Origin: Leucoraja ocellata
Lineage: Eukaryota
NCBI GenBank assembly: GCA_036785375.1
Contig: JAWMAR010000079.1
Location: 2,108,001-2,172,000 of the forward strand
Reading direction: 5' to 3'
Length of the DNA: 64,000 nucleotides
Shown: positions 39,728 through 52,534 of the stretch, piece after piece
How the letters are laid out: each line of letters begins with the position of its first letter
Position numbering within the stretch: position 1 is the first letter of the stretch
The notes under the pieces: model-generated
Told to the model about the DNA's origin: nothing
What the model saw: the letters and a program-made list of their open reading frames with translations, nothing else
Database searches by the model: none
Made by a program: the position numbers and the translations under genes

Positions 39728-41159
39728 TTGGAACAATATGTGAACTAACATCAGTAACCTCCCCCAAGACATCATCCCCAGCAGAAATGCATTTCGTTGT
39801 CTCTGTACTGTACACTGACAATGACAATTAAAATTGAATCTGAGATGTTCTAGTCATGGTCAACCAGTCTGATGGGTGTGTCACATCGTCTATATGCCCA
39901 ACTCGGAAATCAGGAACTGTATTCAGAGCTCCATTGCAAAAAGAGTTTGGCAGGCAGTTAAAGAAAATGCTTCAAGAGTGTTCACAAAATCTCCTTAAAA
40001 AGATGTAACATTTCCAGCAACTTGTTGCAGTCTGTCCCATGTTGCTCACAATAAAAACAGAATCGAGGAATCATTGGGCATTTCTTGACTCTGAAACAAA
40101 AGTGTGGATAATATTCACAAATATCCCCACCTGTGGCAAAGCCTCCCATCATTGCACCAGCCAGCCTCACCTGTCCACTGAATCCTTGTGGAAGTAAGTC
40201 ACCATCAACCCAAAGGACTACTTAAGAAGATGGTCATCCATCAATCACCTTCTTGTCACCTTCTTCAGCCTTATCACACACCACTGTTAACAACTTACAT
40301 AACCTTGAACATAATTATTTTATCCAAACACTTAGCCTGTGTCTATGTGGTTAGTCAGTGAAAGGGTTAAGCTACTCATGTGCTTTTAATGAGGGCAACT
40401 CCAGCTCTCTTGCAAGCATCTGATTGTCATTAAGTTCAGTGGCACAGCCATGTCATTAGAGCCTAAATGCAGTAAACATTCCTTTCTGTAAAGCCTGACT
40501 TTCACCAGGAACAATAATGATACTTTATTGAAGGAGATACGGTACCTTACCCTTAAAGTGATAAAAAGATTTCCATAATTGTGGTTAAAATACTTCTGCA
40601 TTCGAGTAGATGATCAGGAAAGGTTTTCTACATTTTTGGAATTACACTGGTTCAACTTTGGATCATGGGAAAGGCGATTAAGTCTTTTCTCGTTGGCCTG
40701 GTTCTGCTTTCTTATCACATTGGCAGAGTCTTGGGTCATTACTCCCTTGAATGCAGGGGCTGCAATTTGGGAATATAAATCAAAACGGCCCTTCAATCCA
40801 AAATTCCACGCAAATCACTTGTCAATAAACAGTCATCTTCTGCAAAGCATGATGTCGTTCACAAACTAATGTATTCTGAAGCCTTTGCAGTAATAGGATA
40901 GTGTGGAGCAGATGGGTGAACGTTTACAGACCTTGTGACTCTAGCAGCTGGGAGGTAATGAGGTGTTCAGCTGACCTATTTAAACAACCAATTAGCAGAT
41001 CAGCATTTGTAAAGCAGCCATTAATCAGATGCGTGCCTGCTTTGCATAGCTACAACCTGAGATAAAACTTATAATTGGCCTCAGCGGCCTTGAGCTCGGG
41101 AGGTGAAATATTGGTCAATGTGTTGGCTGTTGATCAATAACCAGTGGCTCATGTAGGAA

Positions 41160-41455
41160 GTGTGTGTTTGTGCATTTTCTGTGCATGTTTTGTGCATTTG
41201 TGCTTGTAAGTGGCTTGTGTATTTGTGTTCTTCTCTGCATAATTGTGATTATTTTATGTACATTTGTATATGTGCGGTTTGTGTATATGTCCTTTTCTAT
41301 GTAACTTGTTTCTGAATTGAGCGATATGTTTGTGTTTTGTGTCTATATGTGTTTTGCGTTTATATGTGTGTATATGGTGTGAATGCAAATATTGCATTTT
41401 GTGTTTTCCTCTGTGTATGTTTATGAATGGTGCATCTGTGGCATGTGTTTGCATA
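41160..41455. repeat. Degenerate TG-rich low-complexity tract
   Basis: Repeated tgtg/tttgtg/tatatg words. Confidence 0.7.
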
Positions 41456-41929
41456 ACATGGGCATAGTGGTGAAAGACGATAAATTGAGACACTAGAGGT
41501 GGCAGATGTTGTAACTCAAGAGTAAAAAATCAAGTTGCTAGAAGAACTCAGCAGGTCATCCAACATTTGTGGAGGCTAAGGGATAATCGTCTTTCACGTT
41601 TAGACCTTGCATTAGGTCTGGCACATACTATCTGACCTACTGAGTTTTTCTGGTGGCTTTTCTTTTGCTGAAGAGATATTGACCTTGTCTGTGACTTTGG
41701 TCAAGTTACCTACAATCAATGTCAGAGCTGATTAATGAAGGAATAATTTGAAAAGTTGCAGAGCAGTGTCAACAAAATCCTGCAAGGAGCCATCCGTTTC
41801 AAAAGGAGGGTGAGAAATCTGTCAGAGGCAGCAAGAAGAGAGGACAAAACACAAAGCTGTAACAAATATTTTTGGGTACAAAAATAATGCGTGCACCAAA
41901 CGGAACTGTCATGCTCAACAGTGCCACAA

Positions 41930-43065
41930 GTACCGGAAAACACTGCAACATGCAGGATCCACTCCAAGTCGTACATAATTCTGACTTGGAAACATATTAC
42001 CATTCCTTCATCATTAATCTTGGTATTGGATTATTATTGTCATGTAAACCAAGACACAGTGGAAAAACCCAGTTTGTGTGCTATCCAGTCAAAACATTAC
42101 ATGGAGTACAATCAATCTGTACAGTTACAAGCAAAGATCTTAGAGCTCTGCTCTAAGATCTTTGGTTACAAGTAGTCCGAAGAGGATAATAACCAGAGTG
42201 TAGAATATAGCCACAGCTACAGTGAGAATGCAGACAAAAGAAAAGGTGCAAGGGTTGCAATTAGATAAGTTGAGAGCTCGGGGCAAGCTTATGAGAGGTT
42301 GGTGATAGTCTGATAACAGTGGGGAAGAAGCTGTTCCTGAATCTGATGGTACTTGCTTTTAAGATTTTGTATTCTCTGCTGGACAAACAAAGGGAGAAGA
42401 GGAAATGACTGAAGTCCTTGATTATGTTGGCCACTTTGCCCAGGCAGCATCAAGTATAGATGGAGTCAATGTAGGGGAGACTGGTTTGCGAAATCAACTG
42501 GACTGCATCATCAAAGACCCTCACACCACCCTGGCCACACACTCATTTCACCCCTGCCATCTGGAAGAAGGTACAGGAACCTGAAAACTGTAACGTCCAG
42601 GTTCAGGAACAGCTTCTTCCCTACAGCCATTAGGCTATTAAACACTACAACCTCATAAGCTCTGAACAACACACACTATTATTGTTTGTTTGTTATGTGT
42701 ATACATTGATTTTTTTTCTCATTTCATTGTACTATCTGGGACATGTGACAATAAAACACTCTTGACAACTCTCTGCAGTTTCTTGCGGTCTTGGGCAGAG
42801 CATTTGCTAAAACAAGTTGGGAAGCACCCAATAGGATGTTTTCTACAGTGCATCTGTAGAAGTTATTAAGATTAATTGGGGAAAGCATCACTGTATCGAT
42901 ATCCCGAAACGTTCTCCCCACCCGCACTACAAGTGTACATTTACTAGGAAGACTGCAGCAGTCAAAGAAGATGGCTCAATACCACCTCCTGAACGGCAAT
43001 TAGGGTTGGACTATAAATGCTAACCTTGTCGGCTACATTCAAATCATGTAAACTAATATTTAAAA
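41930..43065. mobile_element. Three-level nest: old CR1-like tail (+) containing Rex1 (-, ~42020-42890) containing Rex1 (+, ~42508-42766)
   Basis: Outer ccattccttcatc | catcactgtatc halves; minus Rex1 ggactgcatc | aactctctgcagtttcttg halves; inner atcaaagacc...ttcaggaacagcttcttccc...gacaataaaacactcttgac. Confidence 0.7.
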
Positions 43066-43216
43066 AGTCAGATCTTCTTGAGATCACAGTATTTCTCAAG
43101 TCTCAGCTGGACTATGAAACAACAATTTGGGGGTTTAGTCTTGTAACCACTTACAGGACTCTTTTATTCCTTTGCCAATTGGACTCTCCACAATCCAATA
43201 CGCTTTGCCTAACCAA

Positions 43217-44183
43217 TGTCATATCAATCCATCACACTGGTCCTCCCTGACACACGTTGCGTTTGATAAATCACTGGATTCAGATAACAATTTTGTTTCA
43301 CTCAGTATTTTATTACACTCCTAAATAAGGCACATACACTCACGTATCCCCGAATATCCCTGAACACACTCGCAAACCCCGAGTACACAGCAAAGCACGC
43401 CACGGGATGTTTCGTTCAAGATCACCTGGCACTGTTCGCGACACAGTCCAAGGCTGAGGTTCTCTCCCCAAAAGGGCACCCAACACCAATCTTTATGGCA
43501 TTTCTTATCAGAGCAGACCGCGCCACTGCCCCCTCCCCGACCCAATCATAAGCCCCCCTTGTCTGCAACGTTTCTGCGCTACTTGCGGCAGGGGGCACAG
43601 GTGATCTACCCAACTATTGCTGTTGTTTTGCTCAGCTCAACTAGACATTGTTTGGGAACATCTACTCAAACATTGCTGTGTTTTGTTCGCCAACGCAGCC
43701 TTTCCCATGCACTGATCGCAGGTGCGAGGAGATAAACTTGTTTTCGTAGACCGTGGGATGTATGGCTGCTAATTAGGCTGATAACTCCATTTCACATTTT
43801 AGCTGAAATTGTTAGTTCAACCCTCACACTGCACTCCAACTCTTGGAGTCATCCGTCTACATTAGCGTCCATCTAACTACATGTTAATGATTATACAAAC
43901 AATAATAATCACAAGTAAAGTATAATTATTATATCTCTATGAATGTGAGATTATGTCAAACTACCTATCCATGCCATAAAGGCATGAGTTATGTGTTCTA
44001 TCAGACACTGAGCTAGTTTCAGATGTCTCTGTGAAAGCAAATATTATCTCAATGGCCTTGCAAGCATCCCCATGATTTACAGGCCCCTTTTAATCAGCCC
44101 AAGCATGCAAAGTTGTGTTTTGAACACAATTTCACCGTAACAACATACACCCCAAATCCCATTACATTCGGCCCACAGGCTCA
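43217..44183 (-). mobile_element. Putative 3' LTR (~0.97 kb)
   Basis: Starts TG just after the purine tract agagagtgaagggatggta (~44185-44203); CCAAT and GC-box near 43530-43547; AATAAA at 43309-43314; candidate end ...atgaCA at 43217. No second LTR is present to confirm the ends. Confidence 0.6.
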
Positions 44184-44204
44184 ATACCATCCCTTCACTC
44201 TCTT

Positions 44205-44555
44205 GGCACTCCTCACACGGCAGTAAGGAAGCACACAATTCCAGAATATTATGCCACCACCAAAACAAGCCCAGTCACCAGCCATGGCATATGCCCACAA
44301 GCTCCAAACTCCCAAGATCAGTTCGTATTGCCACCATTTCAGCACTCAGGGCTTGGATAGCCTGCCCTGCAACTACTAGCCTGAGAGTGGTCCCGTTGTC
44401 TGTGATGTGGGACATGTGTTCAAACTCAGTTTACGTAGGTACGCATGCAGGAGCGAGAGATAGGCGTTTGATTCCGTGCAGACAAGTGATGCGGCAGCCA
44501 GCACTGCCAGAAGTATCAGCCCGTGCCATCGTCCGATACACATGATGTGCCTCAT
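44205..44555 (-). pseudogene. env: Retroviral env remnant (signal peptide, SU start, TM heptad, membrane anchor)
   Basis: Acceptor tccgtcttctctttacAG at 44563-44580; ATG 44555 MRHIMCIGRWHGLILLAVLAAASLVCTESNAYLSLLHAYLRKLSLNTC; other frames give AGQAIQALSAEMVAIRT and GLVLVVA/IIFWNCVLPYCR. Confidence 0.65.
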
Positions 44556-44586
44556 GATTGTTCTGTAAAGAGAAGACGGAGCTGGC

Positions 44587-45620
44587 TCACTCTCGCCTGG
44601 TTAAGTGCTGTAAAGGTAGACATCTAGGTTTATCCTCCCCGGTCACCAAAAGCCACTGCGTATTGCCCTGTGCTGCAGCAATAACTTCCCCCTTGCGAGG
44701 GGGTCCCCCACCGGGGACCGAAACTCACAGCTTCCGGGCGTCTTCCTGATGTTCTTTCGTCGGTGTGGCGTCATCTGGCTCGATTGCAACAGCCAGATGT
44801 CGGCTCATGGGTGTATCACCCTGCCAAAGGCCGTTGGTTCAAGTTGTTTACTGCTTGCTGCAACACAAGGGCCCACCCCTTGAGTGTATGGGAGGAGGTT
44901 AGTGTACATATCTGCTTTTTAAGTAGACCATTCATACGCTCCACCAGCCCTGCTGCTTTTGGGTAATACGAGATGTGGAGGGTTCACTGCACCTCATCAT
45001 CAACTGCCCACTGTTATACTTTGTGACTGGTAAAGTGGGACCTGTTTTCAGACTGAATCTCCCATGTGGTGCCATACACGGCCATTAGTTGGTGCAGACC
45101 ATGTATTCCCCACCCCTGGGACTGAACTGTGTCATCCACACAGCCATACCGTTGGCAACTGCCCAGGATTCGGTGTATAGTTGGACTGGAGTATTGTCAT
45201 CGGACAAAGGAAGAGCCATGACCTCCTCATGCAGACGGCTAACACTGTCAGGGCCTCTCTCAGCCCTATCAGAGATGTACCATTTCCATTTTACAATAGA
45301 GGAGAGCTGTGCGTGTTCCTCCTTATGGGAGATATTGGCTGACTTAACCCAGGTAATAATAGGTAAGAGAGGGCGCATAACCACTATCCCACCCGCCATA
45401 AGGTGTTTGGTAGCAAGGAGTGCCAAGTAACATGCAAATAACTGTCGTTCAAAGGGTGAATATCGCGCGGCGGGGGAGATCAGGCAATGTCTTTGTCCAG
45501 AAGTCGAGACTCGCCCGCTGTCCATCATGCTGTTGCCACAGACTCCACTCCTCCTCACGAGCAGTAGCCGACATCTGCAATTCAAAAGAATATGCTGGTG
45601 ATATCTGCAGAAATCAGCCA
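44587..45620 (-). pseudogene. pol: ERV-L-like pol remnant (connection, RNase H, integrase)
   Basis: FELQMSATAREEEWSLWQ...DFWTKTLP, YSPFERQLFACY...MRPLLPIITWV...AQLSSIVKWKWYI..RA..GP..VSRLHEEV, LYTESWAVANG, SHFTS...HISYYPKAAGLVERMNGLLK, VLQQAVNNLNQRP, GPPRKGEVIAAAQGNTQWLL; stop at 44587-44589. Confidence 0.9.
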
Positions 45621-46480
45621 CATAGGTATGAGTGTAAATGGAATATTGCATGAGACTGAGAATGCATCCTTGCGGGCACTAGTGTTGGGAATTATCATGG
45701 AGGATGTTTTGTTGTATTTCCTCACCGATTGTGGTCTGCGGGTCAGGAGGTTGAGGAATGCAGAGGGGGATGACCCCTAGGTCCAAAAGTTTGGAGATGA
45801 GTTTGATTGGAATTATGGTGATGAAGGTGAAGCTATATCAATCAATAATCTTACGCAAGCTAGACACAAAATGCTGGAGTAACTCAGCGGGTGAGGTAGC
45901 ATCTCTGGAGAGAAGGAAGGGCGACGTTTCTTCCTTATTATCCAGATGTTCCAGCAATGAGTGTGGGGGCCAGGCAGATGCCATCTGTATGAACCTGTTC
46001 CACTAGGCAAACTGCAATGGATCAAGGATATCTGGTAGGGCTTATTATATGACCTTGATGCACTTCATGATGGTGGATGTCAGAGCCATGGTAATCATTA
46101 AGGCATTCTACCTTGCTTTTCTTTGGCACCAGGATGTTACTTCATAAAGCAGGTGGGAAATTCAAAATAGAGCATGGTGAGATTAAAGATGCCAGTGTAA
46201 ACTCCTGCCAGCTGCTCAGCATAGGTCTTGGCGATACAGCAGGGAATTCCATCTGGGCCAATTGCTGACCGAGTTCACTCCCAGGTAGGCCGATCTGACA
46301 TCTGCGACACCAACTGTTGGTATACTTTGCAGCTGAGGCTGTCGGGGTAGATAACGTCATTCCACTGACCTTCTGTTCAAAGCAAGCATAGAATGCAGAA
46401 CTCATCAGGGTGAGACATGGAACGCATTGTTACCTGCGATATACCGCTCCACTTCAATTTGTAGCCCATTAAACATGTAC
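45620..46480 (-). mobile_element. Rex1/Babar RT fragment abutting the ERV (contains a Penelope pLTR piece at ~45860-45930)
   Basis: SAFYACFEQ (ORF 46142-46405); ggtgccaaagaaaagcaagg; gtgttgggaattatcatggagga. Confidence 0.7.
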
Positions 46481-47589
46481 ACTTCGTCACCATCAATGCA
46501 TGGTTATCCAAGGACTCGGGATTGGTCCAGAATTTCCTATTGGCATCCTTGATGGTTTTCCAAAATCGTATATAGGAGATTGTTTCTTACATTTATCTGC
46601 CCATCAGAAATACTTCTGTTATATGATGATATCCAAAACAGCAGGTTCACCATACAGACTGGAGTCTAGCATCTATTTCTCAATGACAGAACAATGGGTA
46701 AAGGATCTCCTTTATCGATGTCTTTTTTTTTTTCCATACACTTCTGCGAAACCACTTGGGATGGTTTTCCACATAAATTACTTTCTTTCTGGCTCTGCCT
46801 TGACAAGTAATTTATGGCATCTGGTATGATATTAGATGGAACCTGATGTTATCCCATTTTTATTGGAATCTTCTAAACACTGGAAAATTGGTTACATTTT
46901 TTAGCTTTTCAATTACCTTCTTTTACAGGCAATTAAGTTTTGGTGCCAGTAAAATGTTGTTGCCAACAATGTAAATACATGTTTGATGCCAGTGAAGTTT
47001 TAATGCCAATAAAACTCTGTTACACTGTGATATACTTTTCTATTGAAACACATTTCTGTTTCATTGCTGTGTGCCTTGTTTTAGTTCCATTTGTGTCCTA
47101 CTCTGAAAGGACTTGACTTACGGTAACATTTCTTGGGAAACCTCCCAAACAGTTTTGCACGCACAGCAATTGGCACCATATAGTCGTGACTGTTGCGTGG
47201 GTAAGTTTAGGTCATTTATCAAGCCAACTACCTCCTTATTCACACTGACCGACCTTGGCTCCTAGTTGAGCAATGCCTTCATTTCAAAATTCTTGCTCAC
47301 AGTTCCAACTCTCCATGAGCTCATTGCTCACTTTTTTGTAATGTCCCACAGTCTTGCAACCCCCTAAATCTTTGCACTCCTCCAATTCCAGCCCCTTAAT
47401 TGGCCTATTGTCTCTCTCCACCAACACCTCCAGATACTTGAACTGTCAGCTCTGGAATATTCTCTCTAAATGTGTCTGCCTCACCAGTTTTTACTTTTCT
47501 CTTTTAACATGCTACTTAAAATCTGATTTTACAAGTGTGTGAGCATTTGGTCATCTGCTTATTTCCTTATGTGTTTATCGCATGTGAAT

Positions 47590-50150
47590 AAAACCAGCTT
47601 ATCCAATCTTCCCTTGCAATTACAGCTCTCTATTCTAGGTTAATTACTAATGCATCCCTTCACCAGTATGTTTATTTCTACCCCATCCTTCCTGTAGTGT
47701 AGCATCCAGAACTGTACACAATACCCAATTTATGGTCTAACTGGTGCTTTATACAATTACAACATGACATCCCAACTCTTCATGCCTCAGCCTATGAAAG
47801 AAAGCATACCAAACTACCCTATCCACTTATGCTACCATTTTCAGGGAGCTATGAACATGCGCCTCAAGATCTCTGTAAATCTATGTTCCTAAGAGCCCTA
47901 CCATTTACTTTATACATCCTACAATTGACCTCACACTTATCTGGATTAAATTCTATCTGCTACCACTCCACCCAATTTTCCAGCTGATCTATGTCCAGCT
48001 GTATATACCGATTCAGATTCAGATTCAATTTTAATTGTCATTGTCAATGTACAGTACAGAGACAACAAAATGCATTTAGCATCTCCCTGGAAGAGCGACA
48101 TAGCTCCTGGAAGAGCGACATAGCTTACATACTTAATGACACAATTTATGACTCCACTAATTTTCCGATCATCAACAAACTCACTAATCACGCCACTACC
48201 TTCTGCCTCCCATCACCCAGACAATTTTGGATCAAGTCCACCAACATACCTCCATCCTGTGTGCCTTAACCTTCTGGACCAGCCTACCAAGAGCTTAAAG
48301 CTCTTGTGAACTACATTCACCTCTCTGCCTTTGTCAATTTTCTTCTTCACCCTCTCAAATATGCTCAATTTGTGAGACATGGTTTCCCTGGCACAAAACC
48401 ATGCCGTCTCCTAATCAGTCCCTGTCTTTTCAAGTGAAAATAAATTCTGCTCCTCAGAAACTTTCCAACAACTTCTCAATCACCAGACCTATCCCTACTT
48501 TCTTTTTTGAACAAGGGGACATTAGCTTTATTCCATGCTCAATGAAGGTACAAAAAAAAATCTTATCAGACCCCCAGCAATCTCCTTGCTTCTATTAAAA
48601 GCCTGGGATAGATCCCATCAGGCCTGTAGATGTATCCAATCCAAAATGCTTCAATACTTCTAAAACTTTCTTCTTCCTCAAGAATACCGCTTCCTTAATT
48701 CCCCAGTCTCCTTTTCCCTGGTGAATACCAATGAGAAGTATTGATTTATGATCTTGCTCGTTCCTGACACCACGCATAGATTGCCCTCTGCCTAATGTAT
48801 AGTAGAATTGTCACTGAATTGTATGCAATAAAATAATTTCACTGTGCTTAGGTGCATGTGATAATAAAGTACCATTTAACAATTAACCCATCCCTGATTT
48901 CTTCCTTAGTTACCATTTTGCTTCCAATATACTCATAAAAGGTTTTAGGGACCTTATTAATCCTATTTCCATTTCATTGTCCCTTTTCCATCCCATAATT
49001 TCCTTCTTAAATTTGCTCCGGAATCACCTATAAATCTCAAGTAACTTGCACAATACAATTTCCTACACCTGATATACTCTCCCTTCTTTTCTCGGATTAA
49101 ACCGTCAATATCCTTGATAACTATGATTCCCTACACCTACCATCTTTGCCTCTTACCTTTATAGAAACATGCTGAATCTGAACTTCTACCATCTCATTTA
49201 TAAATGCCACCCACGTATAAGATGTTGTCCCCCCCCCCCCCCCCCCCCCATGCAGCTGCTCTAGTCTATCTCTCCCAGTTCTTACCTTACACAATCAAAA
49301 TCTGCCTTTCCCCAACTCAAGGACTAACTTTATATTTTTCAATAACAACCTTGAAATTAATGAAAGTTCTCAAAGGAACTTTGGCAAAGGAACAAAGGCA
49401 GTTCTCAAAGGGTTCCTCCATTGCCATTTCATATCATTTTCCGTTCTCATTCCATAAGATTGGGTCAAGCATAGCCCCTTCCCTCATAGGACTCTCCTTT
49501 AGAAAACCCTCTTGAATGTATTTTACGACTTACTCCTCTCATCCAAGCCCCTTGCTCCGAGGCAATTTCAGTCAATACCCTTCTATTGTAACTCTATCGT
49601 TTTTACATCATTTCTGCAATTCGTATACATATTTGTTCTAATTCTTTCTGCCTAAAGGGAGACCTACGATCTAACACCATCAAAATATCTATCCCTTTAC
49701 TATTACTAAGTTCTATACATGCTAACCAATTTTAATACCGGTAATTTGAAGCAAAATGTGAGATTTTCGTACATTGATGATGTAGTGTTAATGAAAGTAG
49801 ATGTTGTTGCTATTTGTTTGGCATCTGGCAAGTTTGAATTTATTTTCACTTACTGCATTTGTCCCATATCCCTCTAAATATTTATATCCATGTATCTGTC
49901 CCAGTGTCTTTTCAACATTGTTATTATACCTAAGATAGACACATAAAGCTGGAGTAACTCAGTGGATCAGACAGCATCTCTGGAGAAAAGGAATAGGGCA
50001 AAGCCCTTCCTTGGACTGCTTGCCTCAACTGCTTCCTCTTGGAGCTCATTCGATATAACCACCACCCGCTGTGAGGAAGAGATACTCTCAGGTTCAAATC
50101 TTTAAATCTTTCTCATCTCATCTTAAACTTATGCCCAGTACTTCTGGATT
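47590..50150 (-). mobile_element. Long, highly degraded CR1 fragments with small nested tails (48010-48125, 48795-48880, 49935-50015)
   Basis: ISEFVDDRKISG, VLEVLKH...GLMG; ccagaactgtacacaatac. Confidence 0.65.
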
Positions 50151-50159
50151 CCTACAAAC

Positions 50160-50860
50160 ACCTTCTCCCTAGTCAGTTAACCAATTCCACGGTTAGCAAC
50201 GATGTATCCCATTTGGAAATACACTGTCCCTAGCCAACAATCAGCCTATCAGGGAACCTCCCTGCCTCAGGTCATCTGTTGCCTGGCTCGATTTGTCCTT
50301 GTTTTTTATTGCTTCCAGTTTCTTCTCCCCCATCCCCGTCAGTCTAAAGAAGGGGCCTGCGCCAATGCATTACTTTTCAATTTTCTCAAGAGAAGCTGCC
50401 TGACCCGCTAAGTTACTCCAGCATTTTGTGTGTATCTTTGGTATAAACCAACCTACTGTTCCTTTTTATGACATCCCATCTTTTATATTAAGTTTGTTGT
50501 CTGGTGAAAGCTAATGTGCCCAAAAGCCTTCTACATCCTCTATCTACCAGTGAAAAACAAGTGTCGGAGTAACTCAGCAGGTCAGGCAGCATCTCTGGAG
50601 AACATGGATAGGCAGCATCTCTGGAGAACATGGATAGGTGACTTTTCAGGTCAGGACCCTTCTTCGGACTGATTGTGGTGGGGGTGGGGGGGGGAATGAT
50701 GTAGAAAAAGCTGGAAGAGAGGAGGAACAGGCCAAAGCCTGGGAAGTAATAGGTGGATGCAGGTGAGGGAGGATTGTTAGGCAGATGGTTGGACAAAGAG
50801 TAGAATAAAAAGGCAGGTGAGACAAAAGGATTGAACAATTGTGAATTGTTTGCCTGATAT
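50160..50860. mobile_element. Two Penelope 3' ends in opposite orientation (+ 50160-50470, - 50545-50860)
   Basis: gctgcctgacccgctaagttactccagc on plus; ggagtaactcagcaggtcaggcagcatctctggag on minus, with a ~25-bp tandem duplication at ~50585-50638. Confidence 0.65.
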
Positions 50861-52534
50861 TCAAGATGCAATTCACATGACTGAATCTCAACCATATTGA
50901 TGGCCCCACTGAAACTTGAAAGAGCAAACGACTGGGAGTAGAAATCTGGGTATGTTAATTATCTCAGACTTCCATGCCAGAGTTAGAGATATCTGCAACC
51001 TGGTAAAGTAAGATCCGTGAAGATCTCCACTCCAAAATATCCATTAACGTTTCATTGTCCGCTGACAGAGAGCAGAAAACATAAACACGTGGCATTGCAA
51101 GGATTGTAGGTCCCTAATGCAAAAAAAAGTAATTTCTTGTTGTGTATATCAAAAGGGAACTCACACCATAAATTCCCATCTGGTTTGTGACTACACACAG
51201 CACAACACAGAGGTCTTTGCTCAGTGTTCCACAGCAGTCATGATGCCTTCATCCTGCACCAATTTATAGTAGGTTCTACACAACCCAAAGAATGACAACC
51301 AAAAGGGTAGCAGCAACAGCCATCCACTGATGACAGAGCTCATGGATCTAATACAATATTCATGCAATGAAGGATGTCACACAAAATATGATTCAGCCCA
51401 TCAAAGGCAGGCTTATATAACTGACCAACCATTTCTGGATGAGTCCTACAGGTAAAATGTGAAACATAACATGCAGTTGGAGAGCCGTTTACCATTCATT
51501 CTAGGATAACCCAAATCTCTTTGCTACCATGCATTCTGAAGAGGTCAATGCTCTAACACAGAAAATGTTAAATCAATGCGTGCACGGTAAGATCCCACAA
51601 ACAGCAAACTTGATAATGCCTACATCCACTGTTTATTGAAATAAGAACAGGAAGTGCTGGAAATACTCAAGGCAGTGCCTGCAAAAAAGGAACTGAGCTA
51701 ACATTTCAGGTTAATGATTCTTCATCAGAAGGGTTACGAGCACATCCTCTTTATCATATTTCTAACACCCGCATTTTGAATTTCATCTGATGCATTGGTT
51801 ACAGGATAAATTGTGGCTGGGTCAATGGGAAAACTACTCTATTATTTTCAACATATAACTATAGCGTCTTTTTGCATCACCTGAAATAATGGATAAACCC
51901 TGATTTAATTAATGACATCCACCAGAGAGCACTTCCAATACAACAGTAGGGCAGTATTGTGTTGGAATGTCAGACTATATTTTCTGTGTTCAGGTCTCTG
52001 GAGTGGGGCTTGTATCACAATTCTTTTGTTTAAAAAGCCTTGACTGATTTGTTTTTTTACATAAAATGCCTGTATTCACTCCCTTCCCTGGACTGTCCAC
52101 TTAATGACTAGGTTAGTCAGACCTGTATGATTATCACATCACATCTCAGGTGTGTAACTTGATGTGTGTTGCATATTTCCTTATGTATAAGGTATAGAGG
52201 GATACCATCTTCATAATTCATAGGTGGGGAAAGGAATTTAAACATAGGTCTTATTCCCTTGGAGGCAAACATTGCTTGACATGCTAGTGTTTTCCTTTAT
52301 GTGAATATTGATAGAACAGGATACAATTATTGCATCAACTTCTGACATTTAGCTTTTGGGCAACAATCAAAGGATTGCAAAATACGGAGGAAATGTCACA
52401 ATGGGTGTCTCAAGTAGACGGTCTCACGATTACTGGCTCCATGGAAACTGCAACAGCTTTGATTAATTAATTTGCTTGGAATTGGGTTTAGTCTAATTGA
52501 GGAACAATTACTGAAAGCACAGATTGGATGCACA

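Larger units (their letters stand above)
43217..45620 (-). mobile_element. Class III (ERV-L/ERV-S-like) endogenous retrovirus, 5'-truncated and internally deleted
   Basis: Order on minus strand: RT-connection, RNase H piece, integrase, env remnant, PPT, LTR. Confidence 0.85.
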
